A stretch of DNA of 64,000 nucleotides from Fidelibacterota bacterium. GTDB lineage: Bacteria; Fidelibacterota; Marinisomatia; Marinisomatales; TCS55. Shown here one piece after another: positions 1-9,428 of the stretch. Both the position numbers and the translations under genes were made by a program. The notes under the pieces were generated by a model. It was given only the letters and a program-made list of their open reading frames with translations, did no database searches and was not told where the DNA came from. How positions within the stretch are numbered: position 1 is the first letter of the stretch; each line of letters begins with the position of its first letter. Where the stretch lies: assembly GCA_046861385.1 (NCBI GenBank), contig JBHHTW010000007.1:1-64000 (forward strand), read 5' to 3'.

Positions 1-42
1 GCTGGGTAACCAGCTTCGCAGTATAGTAATTGAAAATGTTTC

Positions 43-116
43 GGGCGATTAGCTCAGCTGGTTAGAGCGCTATCTTCACATGGTAGAAGTCGGGGGTTCA
101 AATCCCTCATCGCCCA
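43..116 (+). tRNA. tRNA-Val (anticodon CAC)
   Basis: Cloverleaf: acceptor GGGCGAT/ATCGCCC, D-arm GCTC..GAGC, anticodon arm CTATC-TTCACAT-GGTAG, T-loop GGTTCAAATCC; CCA not encoded. Confidence 0.96.
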
Positions 117-132
117 CGAATGAAGAGCCCCT

Positions 133-182
133 GGTTCCCTGCCCGCCGTAATGAAATGTAGGCGGGAAATCCCTCATCGCCC
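133..182 (+). repeat. Duplicated 3' end of tRNA-Val (att-like), interrupted by a 29-bp hairpin element
   Basis: GGTTC (133-137) and AAATCCCTCATCGCCC (167-182) match tRNA 95-99 and 100-115; the insert at 138-166 contains CCCGCC...GGCGGG. Confidence 0.75.
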
Positions 183-381
183 GCAATATTTGTATATATG
201 ATCTAAATAATTTATAAATCACGAGAGATATTGTATATTAGTTCCAATTTCAAACTCAATAAACTCTTTTCTTTATGTACTTTTTTCTAAGAATACTATT
301 TAATTAATTCTACTTTCTCGTGTCTAATTACTGTTTCAGATGACATTTATGAAAATAATAAATTTACTCAAGGAAGATTCA

Positions 382-642
382 ATGAGCGTTCAGCGACTAA
401 TGTATTGCTATTTAATATTGATAATATTTACGACAATACTTTTTCCACAACGTCCGTACGGAAAGCAGCAAATGGCAAATATTGGTATTTTACAGGGTAC
501 GGTTTTGGACTCCTCCAATAATCAATCAATCGAATTTGCATCTGTATCTTTGATTAGTCTTCGGACTAAAGAAATCACAACTGGTGGGTTTACAGATAAA
601 AATGGTGATAATAATGGTGGAGATGATTACGAAATTGAATAA
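382..642 (+). pseudogene. Truncated TonB-dependent receptor / outer-membrane protein (signal peptide plus partial carboxypeptidase-like regulatory domain)
   Basis: GILQGTVLDSSNNQSIEFASVSL...GGFTDKNG is the first half of the CarboxypepD_reg-like N-domain, followed at once by an acidic tail and stop; RBS AAGGA before ATG 382. Confidence 0.65.
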
Positions 643-868
643 GAATAATTCGAATAAATATGTGTCAGGTATTGTTAACAATTATCCATTTTCCAAATAA
701 TTCCAGATAATTTCCCTTGCTTGGAGGTTGAATTTTCTCGGAAATTCACGAGTTTTATTAGTGGACAATAATCGGCACTCGGTAGTAGATTAGTTTACCT
801 TATACCAAGTGCCAAACCATGAAAAATAAACTCATTGAATAACTACACAAATAACCAAGGAGAACAAC

Positions 869-3679
869 ATGAATCGTAATAAACGATTATTCATGTTCCT
901 TGCGTCTTTTCTTCTTCCTCTAAGCATATTTGCACAGATGACTGTATCCGGTACAGTATCAGATGCGGGTACCGGCAATGCGTTGCCAGGTGCAAATGTG
1001 GTTGTTGAAGGAACTGACCTTGGAGCTGCCGCAGATGCCAGTGGAAATTACTCCATTGCTAACGTACCTGCCGGCGCAACCATTACCGCCTCTATGATTG
1101 GGTATACCAGCATGAGTGCGACAGCAGCAGCAACCGTTAATTTCGCACTGGAATCTTCAGCCATCCAGTTATCCGCATTGGAAGTATTGGCTTCACGTGC
1201 AGATGAAAAAACGCCTGTTGCCTATACAACCGTAACAAAAGCAGATATGGAATTCCGGTTGGGTTCACAGGATATTCCCATGAGCTTGAATACGACTCCT
1301 AGCGTATATGCTACCCAACAGGGTGGCGGCGCAGGAGATGCCCGTATCAATGTTCGCGGTTTTAACCAGCGTAATGTAGCCGTTATGATCAACGGTGTAC
1401 CACAAAATGATATGGAGAATGGCTGGGTCTATTGGTCAAATTGGGACGGTGTTGGCGATGCCACATCTTCTATCCAGATGCAGCGCGGTTTGAGCGCCGT
1501 AAACTTGGCGACCCCTTCCATTGGCGGTACTATGAATATTATTACTGATCCAACTGCCCTTTCCCGAGGTGGAAAATTCAAGGGTGAAGTTGGCGACGGC
1601 GGGTTTATGAAAACAACCTTAAGCTACAACACTGGTCTTATTGGCGATAAAATGGCTTTCAGCACGACCATCGTACGCAAAGTCGGTGATGGTGTTATTG
1701 ACAAAACATGGACAGATGCCTGGGCATATTATTTTGGCGCAAGCTATCAAATGGATGATAAAAACCGTTTTGAAATTTACGCCATTGGTGCCCCTCAGCG
1801 TCATGGCCAGAACCTCTATAAACAGAACCTGGGCGCGTATGATTCAGAATTCGCAAAGTCAATTGAAGGTTACGATGCAACTGCTGTGGGGACAGATGGT
1901 CAATTTCGGGATAGCGGTTCGGCAAATGGTGTCAAATTCGGTCGCTTGTTTAACCAAAACTGGGCACCGATCAACTCATCCTATAAAGGTAAACAATACT
2001 GGTATATGTATGGAGATCGTACAGTTGAACGTCATGATCCAAATTTTCTGAATGAAAGAGAAAATTACTTCCATAAACCACTCGTTAACCTAAACCACTA
2101 CTTAACGCTCAGTGAAGACATGAGACTCTCTACTGTTCTATATTGGTCTGGTGGATCAGGTGGTGGAACCGGTACTTATGGCCGAATTCCAACGATGGAT
2201 GCAGACGGAAATCTGGGCGACGATGATTACAAATTCTATTACGGTCGTGGTCCGTGGGTTCGGGATTGGAATACACTCGTAGATTACAACTCCGGTGATG
2301 AAGATACCGTATATGTAGATAAAAGAACACTTGTTCGTACCCATGGTGCTGGCAATAACCAATCAGTCGGTATCCTGAGAAATAGTATTAATCGTCAAAA
2401 CACAATCGGACTTATTTCCAAGCTTAATTTTGATATGAGCGACGCATTGAAATTACAGGCTGGTGTGGATTGGCGTACTGCCGGTATTGAACATGCCCGC
2501 GAGGTCCGTGACCTAATGGGCGGTGATTATTATGTGGATTATGCAGATGATAATTTTGCAGATGGAAAAAAAGTAAAACTCGGCGATATTATTGCATATC
2601 ATAATGAAACTACCGTTGATTGGATAGGCTTCTTTGGCCAGGGTAATTATACCGCTGGTCCATTGTCAGCCTATGGTATGGTAGGATGGTCTTCTATTGC
2701 TTATACCTATCAGGATCATTTCACGGTTGCAGATGAATTAATCGAAGCTGACGCTATTTCAGCTACGCAATTCAAAGGCGGCGCTATGTTTGACGTTAGT
2801 GATGGCTTGAGTTTATTTGCAAACTATGGCAGAGTTGAAAAACCACCCATTATGGATAATGTGATTTATTTTGATGGAACCGTGGCCTCGGATCCTGCAA
2901 ATGAAGTGTTCAAAAGCTATGAAGCTGGTGTGAATTACAGAGGTGGAATGTTTGCAGTAAAAGCAAATTATTACAACACTGATTGGATTGATCGTAACCT
3001 CACAAAAGCAGTTACCTCAGGTCAAGGCTCCAGTGGTGACACCGATGTTATCTTCCTCTCTGGTGTGAACCAAAATCACAATGGCATTGAAGTGGAAGCC
3101 TCGGCGCAATTAATGGATATGCTTCGACTTGATCTCGCTTTAAGCTTAGGCGATTGGGCATTTGTGGATGATGCTTCCGGCGATTATCAAGAAGACGAGT
3201 TTGATAGCCTTGGAAATGTTACAGGACAAACTACCACGCCTTACGATTACGCTCTCAAAGATCTAAAAGTAGGTGATATGCCGCAAACATCCTACGTATT
3301 AGGAGTAACGCTTACTCCAATACCCGGCTTGAAAGCCCAAATCCTCTACAATATCTATGATGACAACTACTCTGATTGGAGTCCTTCTGCTCGCTCATAC
3401 AGCGGGGACGATGCTGACGCTGATAGAGAACAGGTTTGGAAAGCTCCCGGATATTCAAAGATGGATGTCCATCTTACCTATGACCTGCCTACAATGGGCG
3501 GTTTAAACCTCCAGGCTTTTGCCCATGTGTTTAATGCTCTAGATGAAACTTATGTACAGGATGCGACTGACCATAGCCGATACAATAGCTATGGCGATAA
3601 AGAACATGCTGCGCATAATGCAGAAGTATTTCTTGGGACACCCAGATACATGAACGCAGGAATATCAGTTAATTTCTAA
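869..3679 (+). CDS. TonB-dependent receptor
   Basis: Signal peptide, CarboxypepD_reg-like domain, plug motif (INVRGF..NVAVMINGVP), C-terminal Phe; RBS AAGGAG. Confidence 0.93.
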   Translation: MNRNKRLFMFLASFLLPLSIFAQMTVSGTVSDAGTGNALPGANVVVEGTDLGAAADASGNYSIANVPAGATITASMIGYTSMSATAAATVNFALESSAIQLSALEVLASRADEKTPVAYTTVTKADMEFRLGSQDIPMSLNTTPSVYATQQGGGAGDARINVRGFNQRNVAVMINGVPQNDMENGWVYWSNWDGVGDATSSIQMQRGLSAVNLATPSIGGTMNIITDPTALSRGGKFKGEVGDGGFMKTTLSYNTGLIGDKMAFSTTIVRKVGDGVIDKTWTDAWAYYFGASYQMDDKNRFEIYAIGAPQRHGQNLYKQNLGAYDSEFAKSIEGYDATAVGTDGQFRDSGSANGVKFGRLFNQNWAPINSSYKGKQYWYMYGDRTVERHDPNFLNERENYFHKPLVNLNHYLTLSEDMRLSTVLYWSGGSGGGTGTYGRIPTMDADGNLGDDDYKFYYGRGPWVRDWNTLVDYNSGDEDTVYVDKRTLVRTHGAGNNQSVGILRNSINRQNTIGLISKLNFDMSDALKLQAGVDWRTAGIEHAREVRDLMGGDYYVDYADDNFADGKKVKLGDIIAYHNETTVDWIGFFGQGNYTAGPLSAYGMVGWSSIAYTYQDHFTVADELIEADAISATQFKGGAMFDVSDGLSLFANYGRVEKPPIMDNVIYFDGTVASDPANEVFKSYEAGVNYRGGMFAVKANYYNTDWIDRNLTKAVTSGQGSSGDTDVIFLSGVNQNHNGIEVEASAQLMDMLRLDLALSLGDWAFVDDASGDYQEDEFDSLGNVTGQTTTPYDYALKDLKVGDMPQTSYVLGVTLTPIPGLKAQILYNIYDDNYSDWSPSARSYSGDDADADREQVWKAPGYSKMDVHLTYDLPTMGGLNLQAFAHVFNALDETYVQDATDHSRYNSYGDKEHAAHNAEVFLGTPRYMNAGISVNF

Positions 3680-3698
3680 ACAACCTGTTTAGTAAAAA

Positions 3699-3734
3699 TA
3701 AAACCCCCGGCGGTTTTCTGTCGGGGGTTTTTTT
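3699..3734 (+). terminator. Rho-independent terminator
   Basis: AAACCCCCGGCGG-loop-CTGTCGGGGGTTT followed by a T-run, 20 nt after the TBDR stop. Confidence 0.85.
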
Positions 3735-3833
3735 GTGTGTTAATAATTAAACCTATCCAAGCGTCTTATTAAATCCAGATCATTACCTTGCCATTTATAG
3801 CGTATTTGGTATTTATAAATAAAATAAAGATGG

Positions 3834-3924
3834 TGTCTTTGCGAGCCCGAAAGGCGAAGCAATCCCCTTCAATCAGCATAACCAAGGAGGTTGCTTTTCC
3901 CGATAAATCGAGATCGCGATGACA
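3834..3924. repeat. Palindromic REP/RPE-like dispersed element, copy 1
   Basis: TGTCTTTGCGAG..GAAGCAATC...GGTTGCTT..TCGCGATGACA with nested inverted repeats; a related copy lies at ~36370-36433. Confidence 0.7.
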
Positions 3925-3982
3925 AGTGTTGATTTTCGTTAATGAATGATGAAGAGGATAATGATTCACTTTATCCTAACCA

Positions 3983-4285
3983 TCAATGTAAAATATTTTG
4001 ATTTTCGTATAAAATATCCTCCGAAATAATATCTAAATCATTTGAAAATCTAGACCTGTCGGGTGTTTCAATCTATTTGATTGTATCTAAACTTGAGACC
4101 GGAAAGGATTAAAAGATTCCATACAATATTTCAGGTTCCATACCGGCTTCTTTTGATTTAGCCGCTAAAACAATTTTTCCAGTTAAATGATTGATTTTTT
4201 GCGATCATCCAAATATCAGCTACGTCCTTCGGCTCAGACCTGAAAAGAGCGGTCAGTTTATTGTTTAATATATTTTCCCAGCCAC
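3983..4285 (-). pseudogene. Remnant of an AbiEii-like nucleotidyltransferase (C-terminal part), with a frameshift and internal stops
   Basis: ENILNNKLTALFRSEPKDVADIWMIAKNQSFNW, then after a frameshift IVLAAKSKEAGMEPEILYGIF*SFPVSSLDTIK*IETPD...DILYENQNILH*; the NKL.AL.R..PKD..D motif recalls AbiEii NTases. Confidence 0.55.
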
Positions 4286-4651
4286 ATTCAGAACATTGAA
4301 TATTTAATATTAACTCGTCAAGAATTTCCTCACCTTCCCAATCACCGTCGTATAAATAAGTTCCTTCACTATCTTTTCTATCACTCAATTTTCTATTTTG
4401 TGCTATTCTGACCACTCTACTAATATACAAAAAACCATCATGTTTACATTTTGGAATACTTATTTATTGATCCATTTGTTTAATTATTCCAATTTACATT
4501 AACATTAGAATTGTGTATCGAGTCCGTCTACTTTTTAAATATTGCTGCCATATATAAACGGATATTATTTGTTCTTCATAAACAAAGTTTTTGATCGTTC
4601 ACGTCTTTCTATAGTCGCTGTGTGATAATATTTATAGTTCTCTTTTGTTTG

Positions 4652-4723
4652 AGCCACCGAGAGGACTTGAACCTCCGACCTGAGCTTTACGAAAGCCCTG
4701 CTCTACCACTGAGCTACGGTGGC
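4652..4723 (-). tRNA. tRNA-Thr (anticodon CGT)
   Basis: Reverse complement GCCACCG...GGGCT-TTCGTAA-AGCTC...GGTTCAAGTCC...CGGTGGC-T folds as a canonical cloverleaf. Confidence 0.95.
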
Positions 4724-5148
4724 GATTGTTATGTGTAAATTTATGAATTTCTTAACTTATTCATGTATAGACTTACCAAATTTGTTTCTTCATTTTCGTT
4801 TGGAATATGTAATTCAACGATTATTTTGATTGTCCTATTATCTTCTCTCCTTTTAGGTGTCTTTTCAACCTTGCTATCATTTTTATTCTTCCCGAGAGGC
4901 GGACCCCATAGTCTGAGGAGTTTTATTACTTTTTAAGGTTCGGGTTTGGTAGCCGAATTTACCTATAACATAGACAAGTCAGAATCACGGAAAATTCCAA
5001 ATCCAAATTAAAAGATTCATAAGGTGATTTATAAAAAATCCTCTGATACTTTAATAGTTTTGCAGAAGCTGTACTCGTCCATCAATGCCTTGGTGTAGAA
5101 GGAAACATCTGCAAGGTTTGCATTTTGGTAAAAGCATTGACTAAAATA

Positions 5149-5180
5149 AAAAGCCCTCTTGATTTTTCAAGAGGGCTTTT
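5149..5180. terminator. Bidirectional terminator-like hairpin
   Basis: Perfect 14-bp inverted repeat AAAAGCCCTCTTGA-TTTT-TCAAGAGGGCTTTT. Confidence 0.65.
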
Positions 5181-5349
5181 CAGGTGCTGGTTTGAAATTT
5201 TTTCGTTATAAATTGGTTTAGAACATATACACACATAGCCATCGATTACAATAAGAATTACAAGGTCTCTTTGCTTTTCCATTGACCTTCCGTAATTTTT
5301 TAGTCTATGAATCCAGCAGAAACCGACCCTTTATCGAGGGAATTAAGAT

Positions 5350-6153
5350 ATGAACAGCACTTTAACCATAAAGAATGTATTCGGAATTGTCATTCTTTCA
5401 GTTTTATCCGCACTAGCAGTGGGGACCATTATTGTTTCCGTTGGAAATACATTTCTTCCTGAAAAAAATTCTCCAATTGTAAATTTTCTTTCATTATTTA
5501 TCGGGCAGGGTTTTATGGTTGTTCCCCTGATTCTTTTTTTGGTTGCCAGAAAGGAGTCCTTATTATCTCGGTTGCGTATCCGCAAAATTTCATTGCCCGT
5601 CATCATATCAACGGCCATTCTATCTGTGGGCTTAATAATCATGGTGGATGAATTTGACCGATTGTCCGGTCTTCTGTTTACACCTCCGGAATTTTTGGAC
5701 CAAATGGGTGTTATGCTGAAGTTTGATTCATTAAGCGTGGCTCTTTTTCTTATGTTTGGACTGGTCTTATTGGCTCCACTGGGTGAAGAATTGATATTCC
5801 GTGGGTTCCTACAGCAATTTTTGGAAGAATATTGGCAGGATATTACTCGTGCCGTATTGGTCACCAGTCTCTTTTTTGCAATCATTCATTTAAATCCCTT
5901 TTGGCTGATTCAAATCTATATACTTGGCGTTATGCTTGGGTACCTAGCTTGGAAAACCGGCTCTATCTGGGCTGGCTTTATACTTCATGCCTCCAATAAT
6001 TTTATTGCATTAATGTTTACGAATTATGACGAATCACTTTCCGGTTTTTATACTTGGAATGGACACGTTGCTCCGTGGATTTTATTGCTGAGTATTATAT
6101 GTATTTATTACGGGTTCACCTCGTTAAATAAAACAACAAGGGTGCAGGTATGA
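5350..6153 (+). CDS. CPBP family intramembrane glutamic endopeptidase (CAAX protease-like)
   Basis: Multi-TM protein with EExxFRG, FAIIH and HxxNN motifs. Confidence 0.92.
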   Translation: MNSTLTIKNVFGIVILSVLSALAVGTIIVSVGNTFLPEKNSPIVNFLSLFIGQGFMVVPLILFLVARKESLLSRLRIRKISLPVIISTAILSVGLIIMVDEFDRLSGLLFTPPEFLDQMGVMLKFDSLSVALFLMFGLVLLAPLGEELIFRGFLQQFLEEYWQDITRAVLVTSLFFAIIHLNPFWLIQIYILGVMLGYLAWKTGSIWAGFILHASNNFIALMFTNYDESLSGFYTWNGHVAPWILLLSIICIYYGFTSLNKTTRVQV

Positions 6154-7523
6154 AACAGCAAATGTTTGAACGGGAAATTCATGTTCTAAGAGATACGTTT
6201 CGCCGATTAATGCGCAGACATGCTCATACAAATCTTATCAAATTAATTGGGAAGACTCACCCTGCGGACTTGGCTGCTTTGTTTCGCTATTTTGACGGAG
6301 TTGAACAAGCGGAATTATTCAGTCTTATGGGCCCAAATGAAAAAACGGGAGATTTCCTTACTGAGCTGGATGAATCGACAATTAGAAGACTCATGAGTGG
6401 TGTTTCACCTGAACAAATAGTTGAATTTATTGAACCAATTAGTTCCAGTGATCAAGCGGAAATTCTAAATGCTCTTTCTGATGAACAAGCACATGATGTT
6501 TTTGAGCTTTTAAAAAAAGAGGAAGTCGAAGAACTGGAAGAAATCATGGCATACCCGGACGACAGTGCGGGTTCGCTCATGTACACGGATGTGTTCACTC
6601 TCCATGAAGATACCACAGCAAAAAATGCCATTGCTGCCCTACAGCACCAGGAAGAAGCAGAAATGGTCTTTTACCTGTACGTCACAAATGATGATGATCA
6701 ATTGACTGGAATTATTTCATTGCGAGACCTGGTGACGACAAATCCGAATACATTACTGAAAAATATTATGACTCGAAACATCCATTCGGTATTTCCTGAA
6801 ATGGATCAGGAAGATGTGGCTCAAATTGTCAGTCAATACAATTATCTCGCTGTCCCAGTGATTGAACAAGATTCTCATCTACTGGGGATCGTAACGGTTG
6901 ATGATGTGGTCGATGTCATTCGTGAAGAAGCCACTGAGGATTTTTTACAAATGGCCGGTGTAGGAAAAGATCGGGAAATTTTACTAAAATCCACGTGGAA
7001 GAATGCCAAAAGCAGATTGCCGTGGTTGTTTGCCAGCTGGGTTGGCGGTATTGCCGCCGCTACAATTATTGGACTGTATGAAAATCTACTTCAAAGCACA
7101 TTGGCGCTGGCGGCATTCATCCCTGTGGTGATTGGTATGGGAGGAAATATTGGAACTCAAACATCTACCATCATCGTGCGGGGACTGGCAACCGGTCGGG
7201 TCAACCTTGGAAATAATTTCAAAGTGCTATTTAAAGAAATTCGTGTTGGAATGATTCTTGGTGTTTTATATGGTATTTTATTAGGATTATTTGCTCTAAC
7301 ACAGTTTGTGGACATTGAGCCAAGTTTAGGAATTATTGTAGGGTTAAGCATATCTACATCCATGATGATCGCTACAACAATCGGCGCCTTTGTCCCTCTG
7401 TTTTTGAATAAACTCGATATTGATCCTGCGATTGCCACCGGTCCGTTTGTGACCACCAGTATAGATATTATTGGCGTCACGCTCTATTTTCTTATTGCGT
7501 CACTATTTTTGCCCTTGGTATGA
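6150..7523 (+). CDS. mgtE: Magnesium transporter MgtE
   Basis: N-domain (HPADLA), CBS pair, GMGGNIGTQ and DPAIATGPFVTT..D motifs. Confidence 0.96.
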   Translation: MKQQMFEREIHVLRDTFRRLMRRHAHTNLIKLIGKTHPADLAALFRYFDGVEQAELFSLMGPNEKTGDFLTELDESTIRRLMSGVSPEQIVEFIEPISSSDQAEILNALSDEQAHDVFELLKKEEVEELEEIMAYPDDSAGSLMYTDVFTLHEDTTAKNAIAALQHQEEAEMVFYLYVTNDDDQLTGIISLRDLVTTNPNTLLKNIMTRNIHSVFPEMDQEDVAQIVSQYNYLAVPVIEQDSHLLGIVTVDDVVDVIREEATEDFLQMAGVGKDREILLKSTWKNAKSRLPWLFASWVGGIAAATIIGLYENLLQSTLALAAFIPVVIGMGGNIGTQTSTIIVRGLATGRVNLGNNFKVLFKEIRVGMILGVLYGILLGLFALTQFVDIEPSLGIIVGLSISTSMMIATTIGAFVPLFLNKLDIDPAIATGPFVTTSIDIIGVTLYFLIASLFLPLV

Positions 7524-7632
7524 TACTTAATTATGTAAAACGTATATATTTAATTCCTTATTATTTGTTTTACGTTTTAAATAATATCTCTTTCCCTTAA
7601 TTCATTAGCCCATGAACGCCTGAGGAAAAACC

Positions 7633-8739
7633 ATGAGTTACTTATTGCTTGCCCTTTTGGGTAGTCTGGGTATTTATATTTTATTTGTCATCGTATTCCT
7701 TACCGGTTTAAAGAGACAAAAGCCTTTATCAGCGGAACTACAGGTTTATCCCCGTGTGACTATCGTTGTAGCCGCACGCAATGAAGAGCATAATATAACC
7801 CATTTACTAAATGATTTTTCTCAACTGGATTATCCGTCAGATCAGTTGGACATTGTCATAGCAGATGACCGTTCAACCGATAATACCTGGTCCATTATTG
7901 AAGATTATTCCAAACAATACAGCCACATTAGAGGCATTCAAATACAAAAATTATCCACGGATATGATGCCAAAAAAATATGCTTTAACCCAAGCAATAGA
8001 ACAGTCCTCCGGTGAATACATTTTATCCACAGACGCTGATTGCCGAATTCCCCGGGGATGGGTTAAAAGCATGGTTGGTTATTTAGAATCTGGTCACGGA
8101 GTTGTTATCGGCGCTTCTTCAATCGACTCTTCCAATTCGTCTTCTTTTGCCCGATATCAGATGATCGATTTCCTCGCATTGGTTACGGCAAATGCCGGAG
8201 CATCCGGTTGGGGATTAAGTTGGACGGGTACAGGCCAAAACCTGGCATATAAACGATCTGCTTTTGAAAAAATCAATGGTTTTCAACCTGTGAAAAACCG
8301 GGCGTCAGGAGATGATATGTATCTGGTACAAGCTATTTCAAAAATCCATAAATGTATATTTAATTCTGATGCCGGAAGTTTTGTTAAAACCAAAGCTGTA
8401 TCTTCTATATTGACTTTCTTAAACCAGCGCATACGCTGGTCTTCCAACTCCAGAATGGCGGCAAAAAAAGACCGTCTTTTTTTACTGTTTTTATTCAATG
8501 CGTTTTTTCTGAATACTGTCATTTTATCCGGCTCATTTATACCGGTCATTCAAGGTTACATCCCAATGGTGTTCGGAGTAAAGTTTGTTTGTGATGCTAT
8601 GGTTATTTTCTCAGGCGCTAACTTATTACAACGGTCTGTACCGGCAATTATATTTATTGTGTGGAATTTTTTACAACCAATTTATATTCCCATAATCGGC
8701 TTGATGGGTCTTGCGGGAAAATTTTCCTGGAAAAAGTGA
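7633..8739 (+). CDS. Family 2 glycosyltransferase
   Basis: VAARNEE, DDRSTD, TDADC (DxD), QRIRW (QxxRW) motifs; TM helices. Confidence 0.92.
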   Translation: MSYLLLALLGSLGIYILFVIVFLTGLKRQKPLSAELQVYPRVTIVVAARNEEHNITHLLNDFSQLDYPSDQLDIVIADDRSTDNTWSIIEDYSKQYSHIRGIQIQKLSTDMMPKKYALTQAIEQSSGEYILSTDADCRIPRGWVKSMVGYLESGHGVVIGASSIDSSNSSSFARYQMIDFLALVTANAGASGWGLSWTGTGQNLAYKRSAFEKINGFQPVKNRASGDDMYLVQAISKIHKCIFNSDAGSFVKTKAVSSILTFLNQRIRWSSNSRMAAKKDRLFLLFLFNAFFLNTVILSGSFIPVIQGYIPMVFGVKFVCDAMVIFSGANLLQRSVPAIIFIVWNFLQPIYIPIIGLMGLAGKFSWKK

Positions 8740-9428
8740 TGAAATATTTCCTGATTTGTTTAATTGTGTTTTCTTTTCTTTTCGGACAGAACTATACAAT
8801 ATCCGTGTTTGGCGCTCCTTTAGTTTCGGTCACACTTGAAAGGGGGGTCGAGGAATTGACCTTTCAAACGGAAACAACCGGAATATTAAATTATATTTGG
8901 CCGGTGGATAATACATATTTCATTACCTATGATTCTTCAAATTATGGATTTAGGCAATACGAAAAAACAATTCATCAAGGTTCTGAATCATATTCTTTAA
9001 AGGCTTATTATGATCATGAGAAGAAACAAGTGCTCTATGATAACATTTCCTTGGACCGTCCTCCGGATGTGCAGACAATATTTTCAATGCTAATTCGGGT
9101 ACAGGAAGAAAATATTGAGGAGATCGATACAAAATGGTTTTTAATGGAACATGATAGTCGGCTATTTGAATCCAGATATCTTTGGGCTGAAACAGATACT
9201 ATTTTAATAAATAATAATGAAATGGTTTGCGATCTTTACCGGCTGGACATCAAAGAAGTGGAAGGTGTAACGTCCCTGCCGGAACAATCAGACTATTTTA
9301 TGAATAACATAACAGAGAGAGAAGCCGTCCGGCAGATTTGGGTGGAAAAAACAATTCCCGGACGGATAATAAAGGCTTCTGTTAAATTGTATGGTTTAAA
9401 TTTTATTGCGAAATTAACCTATGACTGA
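8739..9428 (+). CDS. Exported hypothetical protein (possibly DUF3108-like)
   Basis: ATG overlaps the upstream stop; signal peptide MKYFLICLIVFSFLFG; beta-rich. Confidence 0.7.
   Translation: MKYFLICLIVFSFLFGQNYTISVFGAPLVSVTLERGVEELTFQTETTGILNYIWPVDNTYFITYDSSNYGFRQYEKTIHQGSESYSLKAYYDHEKKQVLYDNISLDRPPDVQTIFSMLIRVQEENIEEIDTKWFLMEHDSRLFESRYLWAETDTILINNNEMVCDLYRLDIKEVEGVTSLPEQSDYFMNNITEREAVRQIWVEKTIPGRIIKASVKLYGLNFIAKLTYD

Noticed and set aside
1-14. Hairpin GCTGG-GTAA-CCAGC at the window edge
   Set aside because: Too short and cut by the window boundary to assign.
1619-2362. Short alternative-frame and antisense ORFs inside the first TBDR (and similar ones inside most long genes)
   Set aside because: Shadow ORFs fully overlapping well-supported genes, with no recognisable motifs.
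3769-3969. 66-aa minus-strand ORF
   Set aside because: Runs through the palindromic repeat; no RBS or protein motif.
5082-5282. 66-aa minus-strand ORF
   Set aside because: Crosses the terminator hairpin; no coding features.
5343-5885. 180-aa antisense ORF
   Set aside because: Mirror of the CPBP membrane protease gene.
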